A stretch of DNA of 64,000 bases from a bacterium (GTDB lineage: Bacteria; Patescibacteriota; CPR2; UBA1875; JAJYID01): NCBI GenBank assembly GCA_021787535.1, contig JAJYLR010000001.1:19648-83647 (forward strand), given 5' to 3'. The stretch's first letter is position 1, and the number at the start of each line of letters is the position of its first letter. A program made the position numbers and the translations under genes. The notes beneath the pieces are model-generated. The model was given only the letters and a program-made list of their open reading frames with translations, did no database searches and had not been told where the DNA came from. Positions 29,375-39,782 of this stretch are shown piece by piece.

Positions 29375-29884
29375 TTGAAGGAGGGTATTATAACTGTAAA
29401 AAAGAAGGAAAACAGCACATTACACCAAGAAGCTAAAATTATAGCGTTATTTATGGTACTGGTTTTCATTCTCAGTATGTTATGTTTGTATTTATATTGG
29501 CAAAATTATGAAAATCGAAATGCTGCCAAGGTTAAAGATGATGCAATGACACAAGCTTTGCATACCCTTAGGGAGGTATCAGCTACGGCTAGCTCCAACT
29601 CCCAACTTAATATTAAAGATCCGACTAATGTTACCCTAGACAATGCAGACATTGTTTCGGTTGATCCTCAGGGTAACAAAATAGTTTTCTTAGATAAAAC
29701 GGGCGCTAAGCTGCCTCTGATAGTTGTCAGTGGCTCAAAACTGCAAAAGGTGACTATTTTACCTACAGGAAAGGCGAGTTGGACTAATGTAGGCATTCAG
29801 GGAGTACCTTCTGGTGCAAAAGGAACGGTGTTTTATAACAAGAGTCATGAGGTCATAGATTTAGTTTTTATGGTGGCTCGATGA
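29375..29884 (+). CDS. Single-TM hypothetical protein
   Basis: One N-terminal TM helix; start uncertain. Confidence 0.6.
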   Translation: MKEGIITVKKKENSTLHQEAKIIALFMVLVFILSMLCLYLYWQNYENRNAAKVKDDAMTQALHTLREVSATASSNSQLNIKDPTNVTLDNADIVSVDPQGNKIVFLDKTGAKLPLIVVSGSKLQKVTILPTGKASWTNVGIQGVPSGAKGTVFYNKSHEVIDLVFMVAR

Positions 29885-29901
29885 AAGGTGTACGAGTATA
29901 A

Positions 29902-30942
29902 ATGGCTTTGGGACTTAATATTCTAAAAGAAAATACTGATTACTTCGGACTTGATATTGGAACAAATTCTATAAAGGCGGTCCAGCTCAAAAAAGCTTTT
30001 GGAAAATATGAGCTTATCTCTTTTGGAAGCGCTCCAGTGCCTGAGGGTGTTTCACAAAGCGATAGTGAGATTGATCAAAGGAAGATTGCCGAAGTTATAA
30101 AAAAGCTTATTCATTCTATGCATCTTGTTACTAAAAACGTTATAGTTTCTTTGCCTGGAAGCACTGTTTTTACTACAGTCATTAATATACCTAAAATGCC
30201 AATGGCCGAGCTGAAGAAAGCTGTTAAATACCAGGCTGAACAGAGCATACCCTTAAAGATTTCCGAGGTAAAAATTGACTGGCAGATCATAGGAGAGGTG
30301 CCTTCCAAAAATGAACTGATGGTTATGATCATAGCCGCACCGATATCTAAAACGAAAAAAATTGTTGATACAGTAGAAGCAGCCGGACTGGAACTTTGCG
30401 CTGTTGAAATTAATGCCATTGCTTCGGCAAGGTCCTTGCAAACCGGTGAAGCTCTTTATTTAATAGTGGATATCGGTACCTTTGTTACTGAAATTACAAT
30501 AGTCAAAGGCGGTGTAACGGCTCTGACTCGCACTATCTCGGTTGGAGGACAGGTGATTACAAGGGCTATAGCTCAAGGTTTAGGGCTTGAAGAAAGCCAA
30601 GCCGAACAGTTTAAAAGGAAGTTTGGCATTGAGAAAGATAAAATGGAAGGCCAGATCTTTAAAGCTGCTAAATCAGTTTTAAATAACCTACATGAAGAAA
30701 TTGACAGGTCTATCAAGTATTATTCTAATCAGGCAGGAGAAAATCTGAATCTCATTAAGCTTACTGGAGGAGGTTCTAGAATGCTCGGTATTCAAAATTT
30801 TCTTGCTGAAAACCTAGGTATGAATGTGATTTACGGCAATCCCTGGGCCCAGGTTGTACATAAGCCAGATATTAATAACCAGCTAGCGAGTAATGCCTTA
30901 GACTTTGCTGTGTCTGTTGGGCTAGCAATGAGGGGCATGTGA
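29902..30942 (+). CDS. pilM: Type IV pilus assembly protein PilM
   Basis: GLDIG..SIK, VDIG, LTGGGS and AVSVGLAMR actin-like motifs. Confidence 0.93.
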   Translation: MALGLNILKENTDYFGLDIGTNSIKAVQLKKAFGKYELISFGSAPVPEGVSQSDSEIDQRKIAEVIKKLIHSMHLVTKNVIVSLPGSTVFTTVINIPKMPMAELKKAVKYQAEQSIPLKISEVKIDWQIIGEVPSKNELMVMIIAAPISKTKKIVDTVEAAGLELCAVEINAIASARSLQTGEALYLIVDIGTFVTEITIVKGGVTALTRTISVGGQVITRAIAQGLGLEESQAEQFKRKFGIEKDKMEGQIFKAAKSVLNNLHEEIDRSIKYYSNQAGENLNLIKLTGGGSRMLGIQNFLAENLGMNVIYGNPWAQVVHKPDINNQLASNALDFAVSVGLAMRGM

Positions 30943-30943
30943 A

Positions 30944-31519
30944 ATGGCAAAGATAAATTTAGCGCCGGATATCAGGCTTGAAAAATTAAGGATTAAAAAA
31001 CTTAACTTTTATATTACTCTCGGCGCACTGATTATTTTTGGTGTTTTGGTGTTATTTATTTTAATTTTACAAGGTTATAGGTGGTCCCAAAGTTATAGTT
31101 TGGATCAGACCAAGAAAAAAATTGCAAGTACTGAAGATGAATTAAAAAACTATAAGGATATCGAAGACATGGTAGTTAATATTGAGCAAGGTACGAGTGC
31201 AATCAATAACATAGATAAAACAACGCCTAAATGGTCTCGCTTTATGCCGGTTTTAGAGCAAGTTACGCCTAATGACATTAGTTTTACGGAGCTCAGCCAG
31301 AGCGGCAACCAATTTAAAGCTAAAGCAGAGGGCCGTTATGTCTATTCTATCGCTCGGCTTATGAAATCACTTGCAAATTATGAGTATAAGGACAATCAGG
31401 ATGATCAGACAGGTACAAAGTTATTTCAGAATGTCAGTGTTGACGGTTATTCTATTACTGATAATGGCTTAGTGGATTTTGATATAACATTTGAAATGAA
31501 AGATGGTGTGTTATGGTAG
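30944..31519 (+). CDS. pilN: PilN-like protein
   Basis: INL.P N-terminus, TM and coiled coil; follows pilM. Confidence 0.8.
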   Translation: MAKINLAPDIRLEKLRIKKLNFYITLGALIIFGVLVLFILILQGYRWSQSYSLDQTKKKIASTEDELKNYKDIEDMVVNIEQGTSAINNIDKTTPKWSRFMPVLEQVTPNDISFTELSQSGNQFKAKAEGRYVYSIARLMKSLANYEYKDNQDDQTGTKLFQNVSVDGYSITDNGLVDFDITFEMKDGVLW

Positions 31520-32172
31520 AGGGAAAGGTAAGCAAAAAATTTGAAAAATATTATTGGATGTCAGGAGTGATTGTTGTAACAATAATAGTGGTGGTTTTGG
31601 CTGTCACCTTTGTGATAATCCCTTCCTTTAACAGTCTTGGTCAAGTGGGCGATGATCTGAAGGATCAAAAATCAAATTTAAGCGTTGACGGACAGAAGCT
31701 TGAAAAATTAAAAAGTTTTAAAGTCAAAGAAGATGACCTGAGAAAACAATCAGAGATAGTTTATCGCGCTATTCCGTCAAAAAAAGAGGTGGGAGATAGT
31801 TTTATTGAGCTTGACGGTTTGATTCATGAGGCAGGAGGAAGCAACAAAAAGGTTGCTAGTTCGGATAGCACAGATAGTGCTCAAAATACCGGTTCTTCAG
31901 GTCCCGCTAATGCCCCGAATACATCTTCAAGCAATAGTCAAGGCCAAACCATGACATTGCCAGCAGGAGTCAGTGCGCTAGACTACACTACGGATGTGGA
32001 CTTCCCAAGTTATCAGAACTTTAAAACTATGCTTGAAAACTCTGAGAAAGCATTAAGATTTGTCCATTTGGATGATTTCAAAATTACTACAAAAGATGGG
32101 GCATTTAAAGTCAAATTATCATATACTGCTTTTTACAGAAGTGAAGGTTCTAGCAGTACAGGAGGACAGTAA
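31513..32172 (+). CDS. pilO: PilO-like protein
   Basis: TM, coiled coil, AIPS, SYQNFK..LE.SE..LR pattern; synteny. Confidence 0.7.
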   Translation: MVEGKVSKKFEKYYWMSGVIVVTIIVVVLAVTFVIIPSFNSLGQVGDDLKDQKSNLSVDGQKLEKLKSFKVKEDDLRKQSEIVYRAIPSKKEVGDSFIELDGLIHEAGGSNKKVASSDSTDSAQNTGSSGPANAPNTSSSNSQGQTMTLPAGVSALDYTTDVDFPSYQNFKTMLENSEKALRFVHLDDFKITTKDGAFKVKLSYTAFYRSEGSSSTGGQ

Positions 32173-32175
32173 ATA

Positions 32176-32415
32176 ATGAAAAAATCAGATATTATAGTAA
32201 TATCATTTTGCGGACTCATAATAGCTGTTTCTATATTCTTTATTACGAAAGGATTAATGCCGAGTAAATCCAATAAACCGTTTAAGGTACAGTCAACTAT
32301 TAATTTTACCGGCAACATTGACCAAGGCACAATCGATAAGATACAAAAGAGAAAGGATTATGGTTCGCCTCCTATGGATAATATAGGCAGAGACAATCCT
32401 TTTGGGGGACTTTAA
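32176..32415 (+). CDS. Small PilP-position membrane protein
   Basis: TM helix and C-terminal GRDNPF motif. Confidence 0.6.
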   Translation: MKKSDIIVISFCGLIIAVSIFFITKGLMPSKSNKPFKVQSTINFTGNIDQGTIDKIQKRKDYGSPPMDNIGRDNPFGGL

Positions 32416-32538
32416 AAAACATAATTTTGAATAATAGAATGAAAATAAAGAATGAAGGATCTAAAACTTGAATCTTTATTCCGAATTCTAGATTCCTATT
32501 CTATTATTCAATGATGCGGCTATTCAAAATTTAAAATC

Positions 32539-34323
32539 ATGGCAGTTGGTAATGAGAAAAAGTTAGAAGATTTATTAGTCAAGCTGGGGTTAGTCACACA
32601 AAAACAGCTTGACCTTGTTAGGGTTGAGAGCGCTGAAACAGGGAAACCGGTTCTTGAGATTTTAAAAGAGATGCCGGAGATTTCTAAAGAAAGTTTAACA
32701 AAGGCCATGGCAGTTGCTATGGAACTGCCTTATGTCGATTTGTCTCAGAAAAAATTAGACAAAGGTATTTTAAATGTTATCAGCAGGGACATCGCTCTTA
32801 AGTATAAGATTGTTCCATTTGGCAAAGTAGGGGATTTTTTAAATGTTGCTATGGCAGACCCAAACAATATCGTAGCCATAGAATACATTGAGAAAAAAAC
32901 AGGAATGAAACTCAAGCCATACTTTGCTTCGGACGAAAGTATAAGTAAAGCCATTGGGCAATATGATGATTATTCAGTCGAGGTACAGAATGTTTTAGGT
33001 ACCTTGGAAAAAACTCCTTCTCTAGACTTGAAGGAGGATAAAGAGCATGAGAAGGATAAAGAGGGAAATGCGGCTGTTATTACGCAAGATGCTCCAATTA
33101 CTAGAGCTTTAAACACTATCTTAGAGTATGCCGCTAAATCCAGGGCATCAGATATTCATATTGAGCCAAGAGAAAAGGCAATCAAAGTTAGATATAGGAT
33201 CGATGGCATTCTATACAACACTATGACACTGCCTAAACATATCCATCCCGCCCTAGTTTCTCGAATAAAAATTTTGTCAAATCTGAAAATTGATGAGCAT
33301 CGCGTACCTCAGGACGGCCGTTTTCAGCTCAATCACGACAACCGTGAGATAGATTTGCGTATTTCCGTTACCCCCATCGTTTATGGTGAGAAAGTAGTGA
33401 TTCGTCTGCTTGACAAATCAACTGGTATCATAACGCTCGAGAACCTTGGTATTAAAGGCAGGGCCTATAATATTATTGAAGAAGGGACGAAAAAACCTCA
33501 CGGTATGGTACTTGCTACAGGGCCTACGGGCTCGGGAAAATCGACATCGCTTTATGCAATACTATCAAAAATCAATAAACCGAGTGTCAATATTATTACC
33601 GTTGAAGATCCGGTTGAGTATAATATCGAAGGAATTAATCAGATTCAAGTCAATAATGCTGTGGGACTTACCTTTTCTTCGGGGCTTCGTTCTATTTTAC
33701 GCCAGGATCCGGATGTCATTATGGTTGGAGAAATTCGCGACAAGGAAACAGCTGAACTTGCGGTACAGTCTGCATTAACCGGACATACTGTGTTATCAAC
33801 TCTTCACACAAACTCGGCGGCAGGGGCGCTGCCACGCCTGATAGAAATGGATATCGAGCCATTTTTGATTGCTTCCACCGTTAATACTGTTATTGCCCAA
33901 CGTTTAGTTCGCACGATTTGTGAAAACTGTAAAGAAGAGTATAAAGCTAGTGTGGCTCTAACAAAGGCGATTAAAAAATCACTCGTTAACATCTTGCCCT
34001 CAAAGAAAGATCCGATTTCAAAAACCAAGGATCTTGGATTTGATAAATTGCCGAATATGGAAGATGAAATTTTTACTTTATATAAAGGCAAAGGATGCGA
34101 TCAATGCAAAAATACCGGTTATTGGGGGCGCGTAGGTGTTTACGAGATTTTCAATGTCAATGAAAAAATCGAGGATCTCATTACAAAGGAAGCTACTTCA
34201 AGTGATATTCAAGACCAGGCCATAGAGGATGGGATGATTACCATGCGCCAAGACGGCTTTTTAAAAGCTTTGGCGGGAATTACGACTTTGGAAGAGGTAG
34301 TAAGAACAACAACAGAAGACTAA
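32539..34323 (+). CDS. pilB: Type IV pilus extension ATPase
   Basis: ASDIHIEP, GPTGSGKST, LRQDPDVIMVGEIRD and CENC/CDQC zinc motif. Confidence 0.96.
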   Translation: MAVGNEKKLEDLLVKLGLVTQKQLDLVRVESAETGKPVLEILKEMPEISKESLTKAMAVAMELPYVDLSQKKLDKGILNVISRDIALKYKIVPFGKVGDFLNVAMADPNNIVAIEYIEKKTGMKLKPYFASDESISKAIGQYDDYSVEVQNVLGTLEKTPSLDLKEDKEHEKDKEGNAAVITQDAPITRALNTILEYAAKSRASDIHIEPREKAIKVRYRIDGILYNTMTLPKHIHPALVSRIKILSNLKIDEHRVPQDGRFQLNHDNREIDLRISVTPIVYGEKVVIRLLDKSTGIITLENLGIKGRAYNIIEEGTKKPHGMVLATGPTGSGKSTSLYAILSKINKPSVNIITVEDPVEYNIEGINQIQVNNAVGLTFSSGLRSILRQDPDVIMVGEIRDKETAELAVQSALTGHTVLSTLHTNSAAGALPRLIEMDIEPFLIASTVNTVIAQRLVRTICENCKEEYKASVALTKAIKKSLVNILPSKKDPISKTKDLGFDKLPNMEDEIFTLYKGKGCDQCKNTGYWGRVGVYEIFNVNEKIEDLITKEATSSDIQDQAIEDGMITMRQDGFLKALAGITTLEEVVRTTTED

Positions 34324-34324
34324 A

Positions 34325-34800
34325 AATATTAATTTTTAATTATCAAATTCCAATGATCAATCAAATCTCAAGTACCAATAAGGAAGAAACAAAATATGAT
34401 TTAGTTGAGAGGACTGCAGTATTTGGTGAATCTATTCTTGACTTTGTTGGGGGTGTCGAAAGAAATTCTATCAATAACCCATTAATAAGCCAGGTTGTTA
34501 GGTCTGGAACAAGTGTGGGGGCAAATTATTGTGAGGCAAATGAGGCGAATTCCAAAAAGGATTTTGTTCATAAGGTTAGCATCGCAAAAAAAGAAGCAAA
34601 AGAAACTATACACTGGCTCCGCATGATTATAAAAGTAAACTCTGCTCTCAGAGAAAGAGCTGAAATTTTGCAAAAGGAATCTCACGAGCTGGTTTTGATA
34701 TTTTCTGCTATAATGAGAAAAAGTACGGGTAGGGAAGTTTAAAATTTATTATTTAGCATTTGATTGAACATTGAGTTTTGAACATTGGAATTTTAATTAT
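34325..34800. repeat. AT-rich 7-nt-period inverted repeats flanking the four-helix-bundle gene
   Basis: Left CAAATTC CAATGAT CAAT CAAATCT CAAGTAC CAAT; right TTGAT TGAACAT TGAGTTT TGAACAT TGGAATT; bounds approximate. Confidence 0.65.
34353..34742 (+). CDS. Four-helix-bundle protein (23S rRNA IVS-like family)
   Basis: Q..RSGTSVGANY.EA..A.SKKDF..K..IA.KEA.ET..WL signature. Confidence 0.9.
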   Translation: MINQISSTNKEETKYDLVERTAVFGESILDFVGGVERNSINNPLISQVVRSGTSVGANYCEANEANSKKDFVHKVSIAKKEAKETIHWLRMIIKVNSALRERAEILQKESHELVLIFSAIMRKSTGREV

Positions 34801-34860
34801 AAGTCTTTGAATTTTCAACTGATGGTATTAAAATAAGAGTTATAAAGGAGGGCTTTACTA

Positions 34861-35934
34861 ATGCCTGAAGCAGCAAAACTAAAAATTGAAAACTTTCTGG
34901 AAGAGGTCATTAAAACTGATGCAAGCGATCTTCATCTAACGGTTGGGGTGCCGCCTATGCTTAGGATAGATGGCGCTTTGAAACCAATTGACGGCACCAA
35001 AGGGTTAACCGATAAAGATGTAAAAGATTTGACTTACTCTATTTTGGATGATGTTCAGAAAGATATTCTTGAACGTGACAAAGAAGTAGATTTTTCTTTT
35101 ACTTATGGGGATTTGGCAAGATTTAGAGCAAATGCTTACCATCAAAAAGGTAATATTGGTCTGGCACTTCGTTTAATTCCCGTAGCGATTCGCAGTTTGA
35201 CGCAACTTGGCATACCTAAGATAGTAGAAAGGTTCACTGAGTTTCCGCGCGGTTTAGTGCTTGTGACTGGTCCGACTGGTTCAGGTAAATCTACTACCCT
35301 AGCAGCTATGATCGATAAAATAAACACAGAACGGGCTTGCCATATTATTACGGTTGAAGATCCGATAGAGTATACTCACTCCCACAAGAAATCTTTAGTG
35401 GAACAAAGAGAAGTTCACTATGACACCCGTTCCTTTGCCGCTGCTCTCCGCAGCGTCCTACGAGAAGATCCTGATGTAGTTTTGATTGGAGAAATGAGAG
35501 ATCTGGAAACCATTGCTGCGGCAATCACCATTGCTGAAACCGGCCACCTGGTTTTAGCAACATTGCACACAAATAGTGCCGCACAATCTGTAGACAGAAT
35601 TATCGATGTTTTTCCTCCGCATCAGCAGCAACAGATTAGAGTGCAGCTTTCCAATATTTTACAAGGAATTGTTTCCCAACGGCTCATTCCGGCTATTGGA
35701 GGAGGCCGCTTAGCTGCAGCGGAGATTTTGGTTGCTACTCCGGCGGTCCGTAATATTATAAGAGAGCAAAAAACTCATCAGTTAGAAGCAGTGATCCAAA
35801 CAGGAGCATCAGAGGGTATGCAGTCTATGGATAGGACTTTAGCTAACCTTATTAAAGTCGGCCGTATTACCATGGATGAGGCGAAAGGTTATGCTATTGA
35901 TATTAAGGAACTTGAAAGACTTCTGCGTAAATAA
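34861..35934 (+). CDS. pilT: Type IV pilus retraction ATPase
   Basis: ASDLHL, GPTGSGKSTT, LREDPDV, AETGHLV and AVRNIIRE motifs. Confidence 0.97.
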   Translation: MPEAAKLKIENFLEEVIKTDASDLHLTVGVPPMLRIDGALKPIDGTKGLTDKDVKDLTYSILDDVQKDILERDKEVDFSFTYGDLARFRANAYHQKGNIGLALRLIPVAIRSLTQLGIPKIVERFTEFPRGLVLVTGPTGSGKSTTLAAMIDKINTERACHIITVEDPIEYTHSHKKSLVEQREVHYDTRSFAAALRSVLREDPDVVLIGEMRDLETIAAAITIAETGHLVLATLHTNSAAQSVDRIIDVFPPHQQQQIRVQLSNILQGIVSQRLIPAIGGGRLAAAEILVATPAVRNIIREQKTHQLEAVIQTGASEGMQSMDRTLANLIKVGRITMDEAKGYAIDIKELERLLRK

Positions 35935-36014
35935 AAACACGAAATAATAAAATAACAAAAATCGAGTCACGTGTTATTTAATTCATCAAGTTTATCGGTT
36001 ACTAAGTTGAAATC

Positions 36015-37226
36015 ATGAAAGAATTCAGTTACAAAGCAAGGAACAAAGACGGAACGGCCACGCAAGGTATTGTGGAAGCAGAGACAGAGCAAGCCGCATC
36101 GAATCTTTTGATTTCCAAAAACATTTTTCCTGTTGCCATTAAAGAAAGTTCTTCGTCTGCTTTCGGAAGTTTCTCTTTTCTGAAAAAGATCTCAAGAAAG
36201 GACAAGGTTTTCTTTGTGCGGCAACTTGCTACTATGACCGGTGCCGGATTGCCTATAGCGCAAGCACTGGCCACGCTTTTGGAACAGACTTCCAAACAAA
36301 ACGTAAAGAAAATGATAGAACAAATGATGCGCGATATAGAGGCGGGAGGCACTCTGTCCGCTGCTTTCGGGGCTTTTCCGGAAACATTCAATAAAACAGA
36401 TGTGAACATGATTGCTTCCGGAGAAGCGAGCGGAAAAATTGACGAAGTTTTGCTGCATATGGCTGATCAAACAGAAAAAAGCTATAGAACAATCAAAAGA
36501 ATCAGGACTGTTTTTATTTACCCTGCTTTTCTATCAGTTGTTGTGATAGGTATAGTGGCAGGTCTTCTTACCTTTGTTTTGCCTCAAATGGAAGATTTAT
36601 ATAAGGGTTTTGGTGCAAAACTCCCTCTACCTACGCGAATACTCATAGGATTTAGCCACTTTATCACCAAATATTTTATTTTAGTCATCTTAGTGCTCAT
36701 TGCTGTTTTTATCCTTCTCAGAATATACACGCGCACTAATGAAACAGGAAAATATATCTGGCATCGCCTAAAGCTCAATATTCCGCTTATAGGCAGCTTT
36801 ATTAAGCTGTCTTATCTCTCCATCTTTACTCGTACGCTTGCCAGTCTGGTATCTTCTGGTGTTCCGATTCTTGACTCTTTGCAGATAGTGGCGGAAGCTA
36901 TGCCGAACATTATTTATCGAGACAGTTTAGAGACGGTGAAAGATAAGGTGAAGCAGGGTAAAGCATTATCCACGGCCCTTAAGGATGATGAACTTTTTCC
37001 TATCCTTGTTTCGCAGATGATAGCGGTTGGTGAACAAACGGGTGAACTTGATAATATGCTGGCCAATATGGCCGAATATTATGATGATGAGCTTGATACC
37101 ATGACTAAGAACATGCAATCCTTGTTAGAACCGATCATGATTGTGGTGATGGGCGGTATTGTCGGCACTATTATCATCTGTATCCTGCTCCCAGTTTACA
37201 GCATCCAGAATTTTGTAAAACATTAA
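36015..37226 (+). CDS. pilC: Type IV pilus platform protein
   Basis: RQLATM..AGLP, GEASG, YP, GEQTGEL and LEP motifs. Confidence 0.95.
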   Translation: MKEFSYKARNKDGTATQGIVEAETEQAASNLLISKNIFPVAIKESSSSAFGSFSFLKKISRKDKVFFVRQLATMTGAGLPIAQALATLLEQTSKQNVKKMIEQMMRDIEAGGTLSAAFGAFPETFNKTDVNMIASGEASGKIDEVLLHMADQTEKSYRTIKRIRTVFIYPAFLSVVVIGIVAGLLTFVLPQMEDLYKGFGAKLPLPTRILIGFSHFITKYFILVILVLIAVFILLRIYTRTNETGKYIWHRLKLNIPLIGSFIKLSYLSIFTRTLASLVSSGVPILDSLQIVAEAMPNIIYRDSLETVKDKVKQGKALSTALKDDELFPILVSQMIAVGEQTGELDNMLANMAEYYDDELDTMTKNMQSLLEPIMIVVMGGIVGTIIICILLPVYSIQNFVKH

Positions 37227-37229
37227 GGG

Positions 37230-37490
37230 ATAAATCCGAAACTCTAAGCACGAAATTCAAAACAAAAAAATATAATCATCTCGTCATTCTGGCTTGGCCA
37301 GAATCAATGCGGCTTCAATGTAACGGCCCTGACAGATTCTGGATGAACCAGAATGACGACGAAGCTATACAACTTATAAAAATTGGTTCGATACTTGATA
37401 AATTCGTTAAAGTTTAGAATATTGAAATTTATGATTTGTAATTTATTTCGGATTTCGGATTTAATATTTAGGATTTGATGATATTTTGCT
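37230..37490. repeat. Heptad inverted-repeat element with nested GTCAT doublet (37282-37358)
   Basis: AAATCCGAAACTCTAAGCACGAAATTC...CGTCATTCTGGC..CCAGAATGACG...TTTCGGATTTCGGATTT. Confidence 0.7.
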
Positions 37491-37578
37491 CGCAAAATAT
37501 CATTGACACATCATAAGGACAATAGTTAAATAGAGTTGTATTTATAAAATACAAATTGCCTTTTAAGGCGGGGAGGAG

Positions 37579-37989
37579 GTGAAAATGAGAAAGCTAAAAA
37601 GTAAACAAGGTTTTACGCTTATCGAAGTAGTTGTCGTGATGGCTATTATTGCAGTTTTGGCTGTTTTGGTGATTGGAGCCATTACAGTAGCCAGAAATAC
37701 CCAGAAGGAAACAGTTCACAGGTCAAATGCCAGAACAGTACAAACTCAGCTTGAGGCATGGTATGCAAAGAATAGAAGTTACCCAGCAACATCAGGGACA
37801 GTTGACTTGAATGCCGCTATGACTTCTATGGGACAGTCAACATTTTCAAATGCCAGTGAATGTACAGGTACAGGAGGAAAACCTGGCGGAGGCACTGTTG
37901 CCTATTCAACTACGGGTTATACAATCACGCCTTATGATTCAGGATGTACTAATCCGCTCGGTTCATCAGACGTGTTGAGCAACCAATAA
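37579..37989 (+). CDS. Type IV major pilin candidate
   Basis: KQG^FTLIEVVVVMAIIAVL prepilin motif, strong GGAGGAGG RBS, C-terminal Cys pair. Confidence 0.9.
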   Translation: MKMRKLKSKQGFTLIEVVVVMAIIAVLAVLVIGAITVARNTQKETVHRSNARTVQTQLEAWYAKNRSYPATSGTVDLNAAMTSMGQSTFSNASECTGTGGKPGGGTVAYSTTGYTITPYDSGCTNPLGSSDVLSNQ

Positions 37990-38193
37990 GATATATTTAT
38001 CTCACATAACTAGCCATGGCGAGAAAATTCCTCATCATGGCTGTTATGGTAGCTAATTTAGAAATAAATGACCATGATAAGGGATATGTTTCAGCACCGC
38101 CCAGCCCCTCAAAATTAATCAGACGCAGCTCTACATAGTAGAAAATAGCCAAAAAATACTTATACCTTAAAGTTTTTGTTATATAATATTTTT

Positions 38194-39033
38194 ATGTATT
38201 TATATGTCATTACTCTCGTTATCTTTATCTTATTAGGCCTTATTACCGGCAGTTTTTTGAATGTTCTCATATACAGATTAGAAAACAAGAAAAGAAAAAC
38301 TCTTTTCGGACGGTCTTTTTGTCCTTCGTGCGGGCAACAAATTGCCTGGTATGACAATATCCCTATTATTTCCTGGCTGGTTTTGGGTGGAAAGTGCAGG
38401 AAATGCGGAAAGCAAATCTCATCTCAGTATCCGCTAGTAGAACTAGCGACAGGTTTTTTGTTTGCAGCGATCGGCCTGAAATTTTTGTTTCTGGGCGCTT
38501 TACACATAGGTATTGATTCTGGGCAAGCCAGAATGACGGCACCGGACATTTTAAATTTATTATTTTGGCTGTTTTTTACGGCGGGGTTGATCGTAATCTT
38601 TGTATATGATTTCAAGCACCAAATCATTCCTAATGAGATAATTTATACTCTTTTGGCAGCCGGGCTAGTATTTGTTGGGGTTGACACGCTATTTTTTGGC
38701 GGCTATCAGTATTTAATTGATCATTTGCTCTCTGGTCTTCTCGCCGGAGGATTTTTCTATGCTCTGGCCGCTGTTTCAAAGGGTAAATGGATGGGAGGAG
38801 GCGACATTAAGCTAGTTGCCTTTATGGGGTTGGTATTAGGTTGGCAGGGTCTGCTTGCAGCTCTTTACTTTTCCTTTGTTTTGGGGGCGGTTTTTGGACT
38901 GAGCGCGCTGGTTGCACACAAAAAAGCTCTCAGTTCGCGCATACCTTTCGGGCCTTTTCTGGTAGCCGGTACGTTCGTCGGCCTTTTTTTCGGCGAGCAA
39001 ATGGTTAGCTTTTATGTTAGAATGTTTTTGTAA
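38194..39033 (+). CDS. pilD: Prepilin peptidase with in-frame repeat insertion
   Basis: GSFLNV, RSFCPSC, GKCRKC, YD, MGGGDIKL and IPFGPFL motifs. Confidence 0.95.
   Translation: MYLYVITLVIFILLGLITGSFLNVLIYRLENKKRKTLFGRSFCPSCGQQIAWYDNIPIISWLVLGGKCRKCGKQISSQYPLVELATGFLFAAIGLKFLFLGALHIGIDSGQARMTAPDILNLLFWLFFTAGLIVIFVYDFKHQIIPNEIIYTLLAAGLVFVGVDTLFFGGYQYLIDHLLSGLLAGGFFYALAAVSKGKWMGGGDIKLVAFMGLVLGWQGLLAALYFSFVLGAVFGLSALVAHKKALSSRIPFGPFLVAGTFVGLFFGEQMVSFYVRMFL
38515..38538. repeat. GTCAT-family arm inside pilD
   Basis: GATTCTGGGCAAGCCAGAATGACG read as DSGQARMT. Confidence 0.85.
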
Positions 39034-39060
39034 GAATAAAGATTCAATTTTAGGATTTCT

Positions 39061-39774
39061 ATGATACGGAGGGTTAGAAACAAAAAAGGATTTACACTGG
39101 TTGAACTTTTAGTTGTGATGGGTATCATAGCAGTCCTCCTTACGCTTAGCTTTAGCGGTTACTTTGCGTACAGGAGACAAATGTTTGTTGAAAATCTGGC
39201 AAGCCAGCTTCAGACGGATATTAGAGATACCTTTGTTAAATCAATCTCAGTAAACGATAATGCTCCCTGTCCCGGCAGTCAGGCCGCAAAAGTCAGGAGC
39301 TTGAAAATACCGGTACAGAATCCCTTTACAGATTATTACATCACTGACTATTGCGATTCTAGCGGTAACATTCAGGTAGGACAAGCGGGGCTAACTCCAG
39401 TATCACCTTCTTCTACTATCACACCATCGAACAATCTTAGTTTTAACGAGCCGGCTAAGCTAAGCTTAACCGTGAACGGCATAACTCGATCTAACGGCTT
39501 TTTATGTCTGGTTTATTCCTCGCCATACGGTGAGTTTAGCGGTTATTATTATCCTACTCCAACAAATGGTTCCGGGGATCAATGTGATAGCGACGTACAA
39601 ACTTATTGGAAAAAACAATCTGACGGGGTCTTCATTGCAAGCCCATCACCGCCGCCGCCGGCATTTTCTGTAAGACAGACAGAGGAAGCGGAATTTATGT
39701 CATTGAATGATGCAAATATTAATAGTTTGGTTGATATATATCCTTCAGGGCAAGCCGCAGAGAAAAACCAATAA
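39061..39774 (+). CDS. Minor pilin (FimU-like position)
   Basis: KKG^FTLVELLVV motif. Confidence 0.85.
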   Translation: MIRRVRNKKGFTLVELLVVMGIIAVLLTLSFSGYFAYRRQMFVENLASQLQTDIRDTFVKSISVNDNAPCPGSQAAKVRSLKIPVQNPFTDYYITDYCDSSGNIQVGQAGLTPVSPSSTITPSNNLSFNEPAKLSLTVNGITRSNGFLCLVYSSPYGEFSGYYYPTPTNGSGDQCDSDVQTYWKKQSDGVFIASPSPPPPAFSVRQTEEAEFMSLNDANINSLVDIYPSGQAAEKNQ

Positions 39775-39782
39775 AGAAAGTA

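Noticed and set aside
33535-33537. Genome-wide reassignment of GGA implied by the Pro-like UCC tRNA
   Set aside because: GGA encodes the invariant Walker A glycine of PilB (GPTGSGKST), so GGA is normally Gly
34353-34742. Diversity-generating retroelement suggested by the Avd-like fold
   Set aside because: No reverse transcriptase and no TR/VR pair with adenine-specific mismatches in the window
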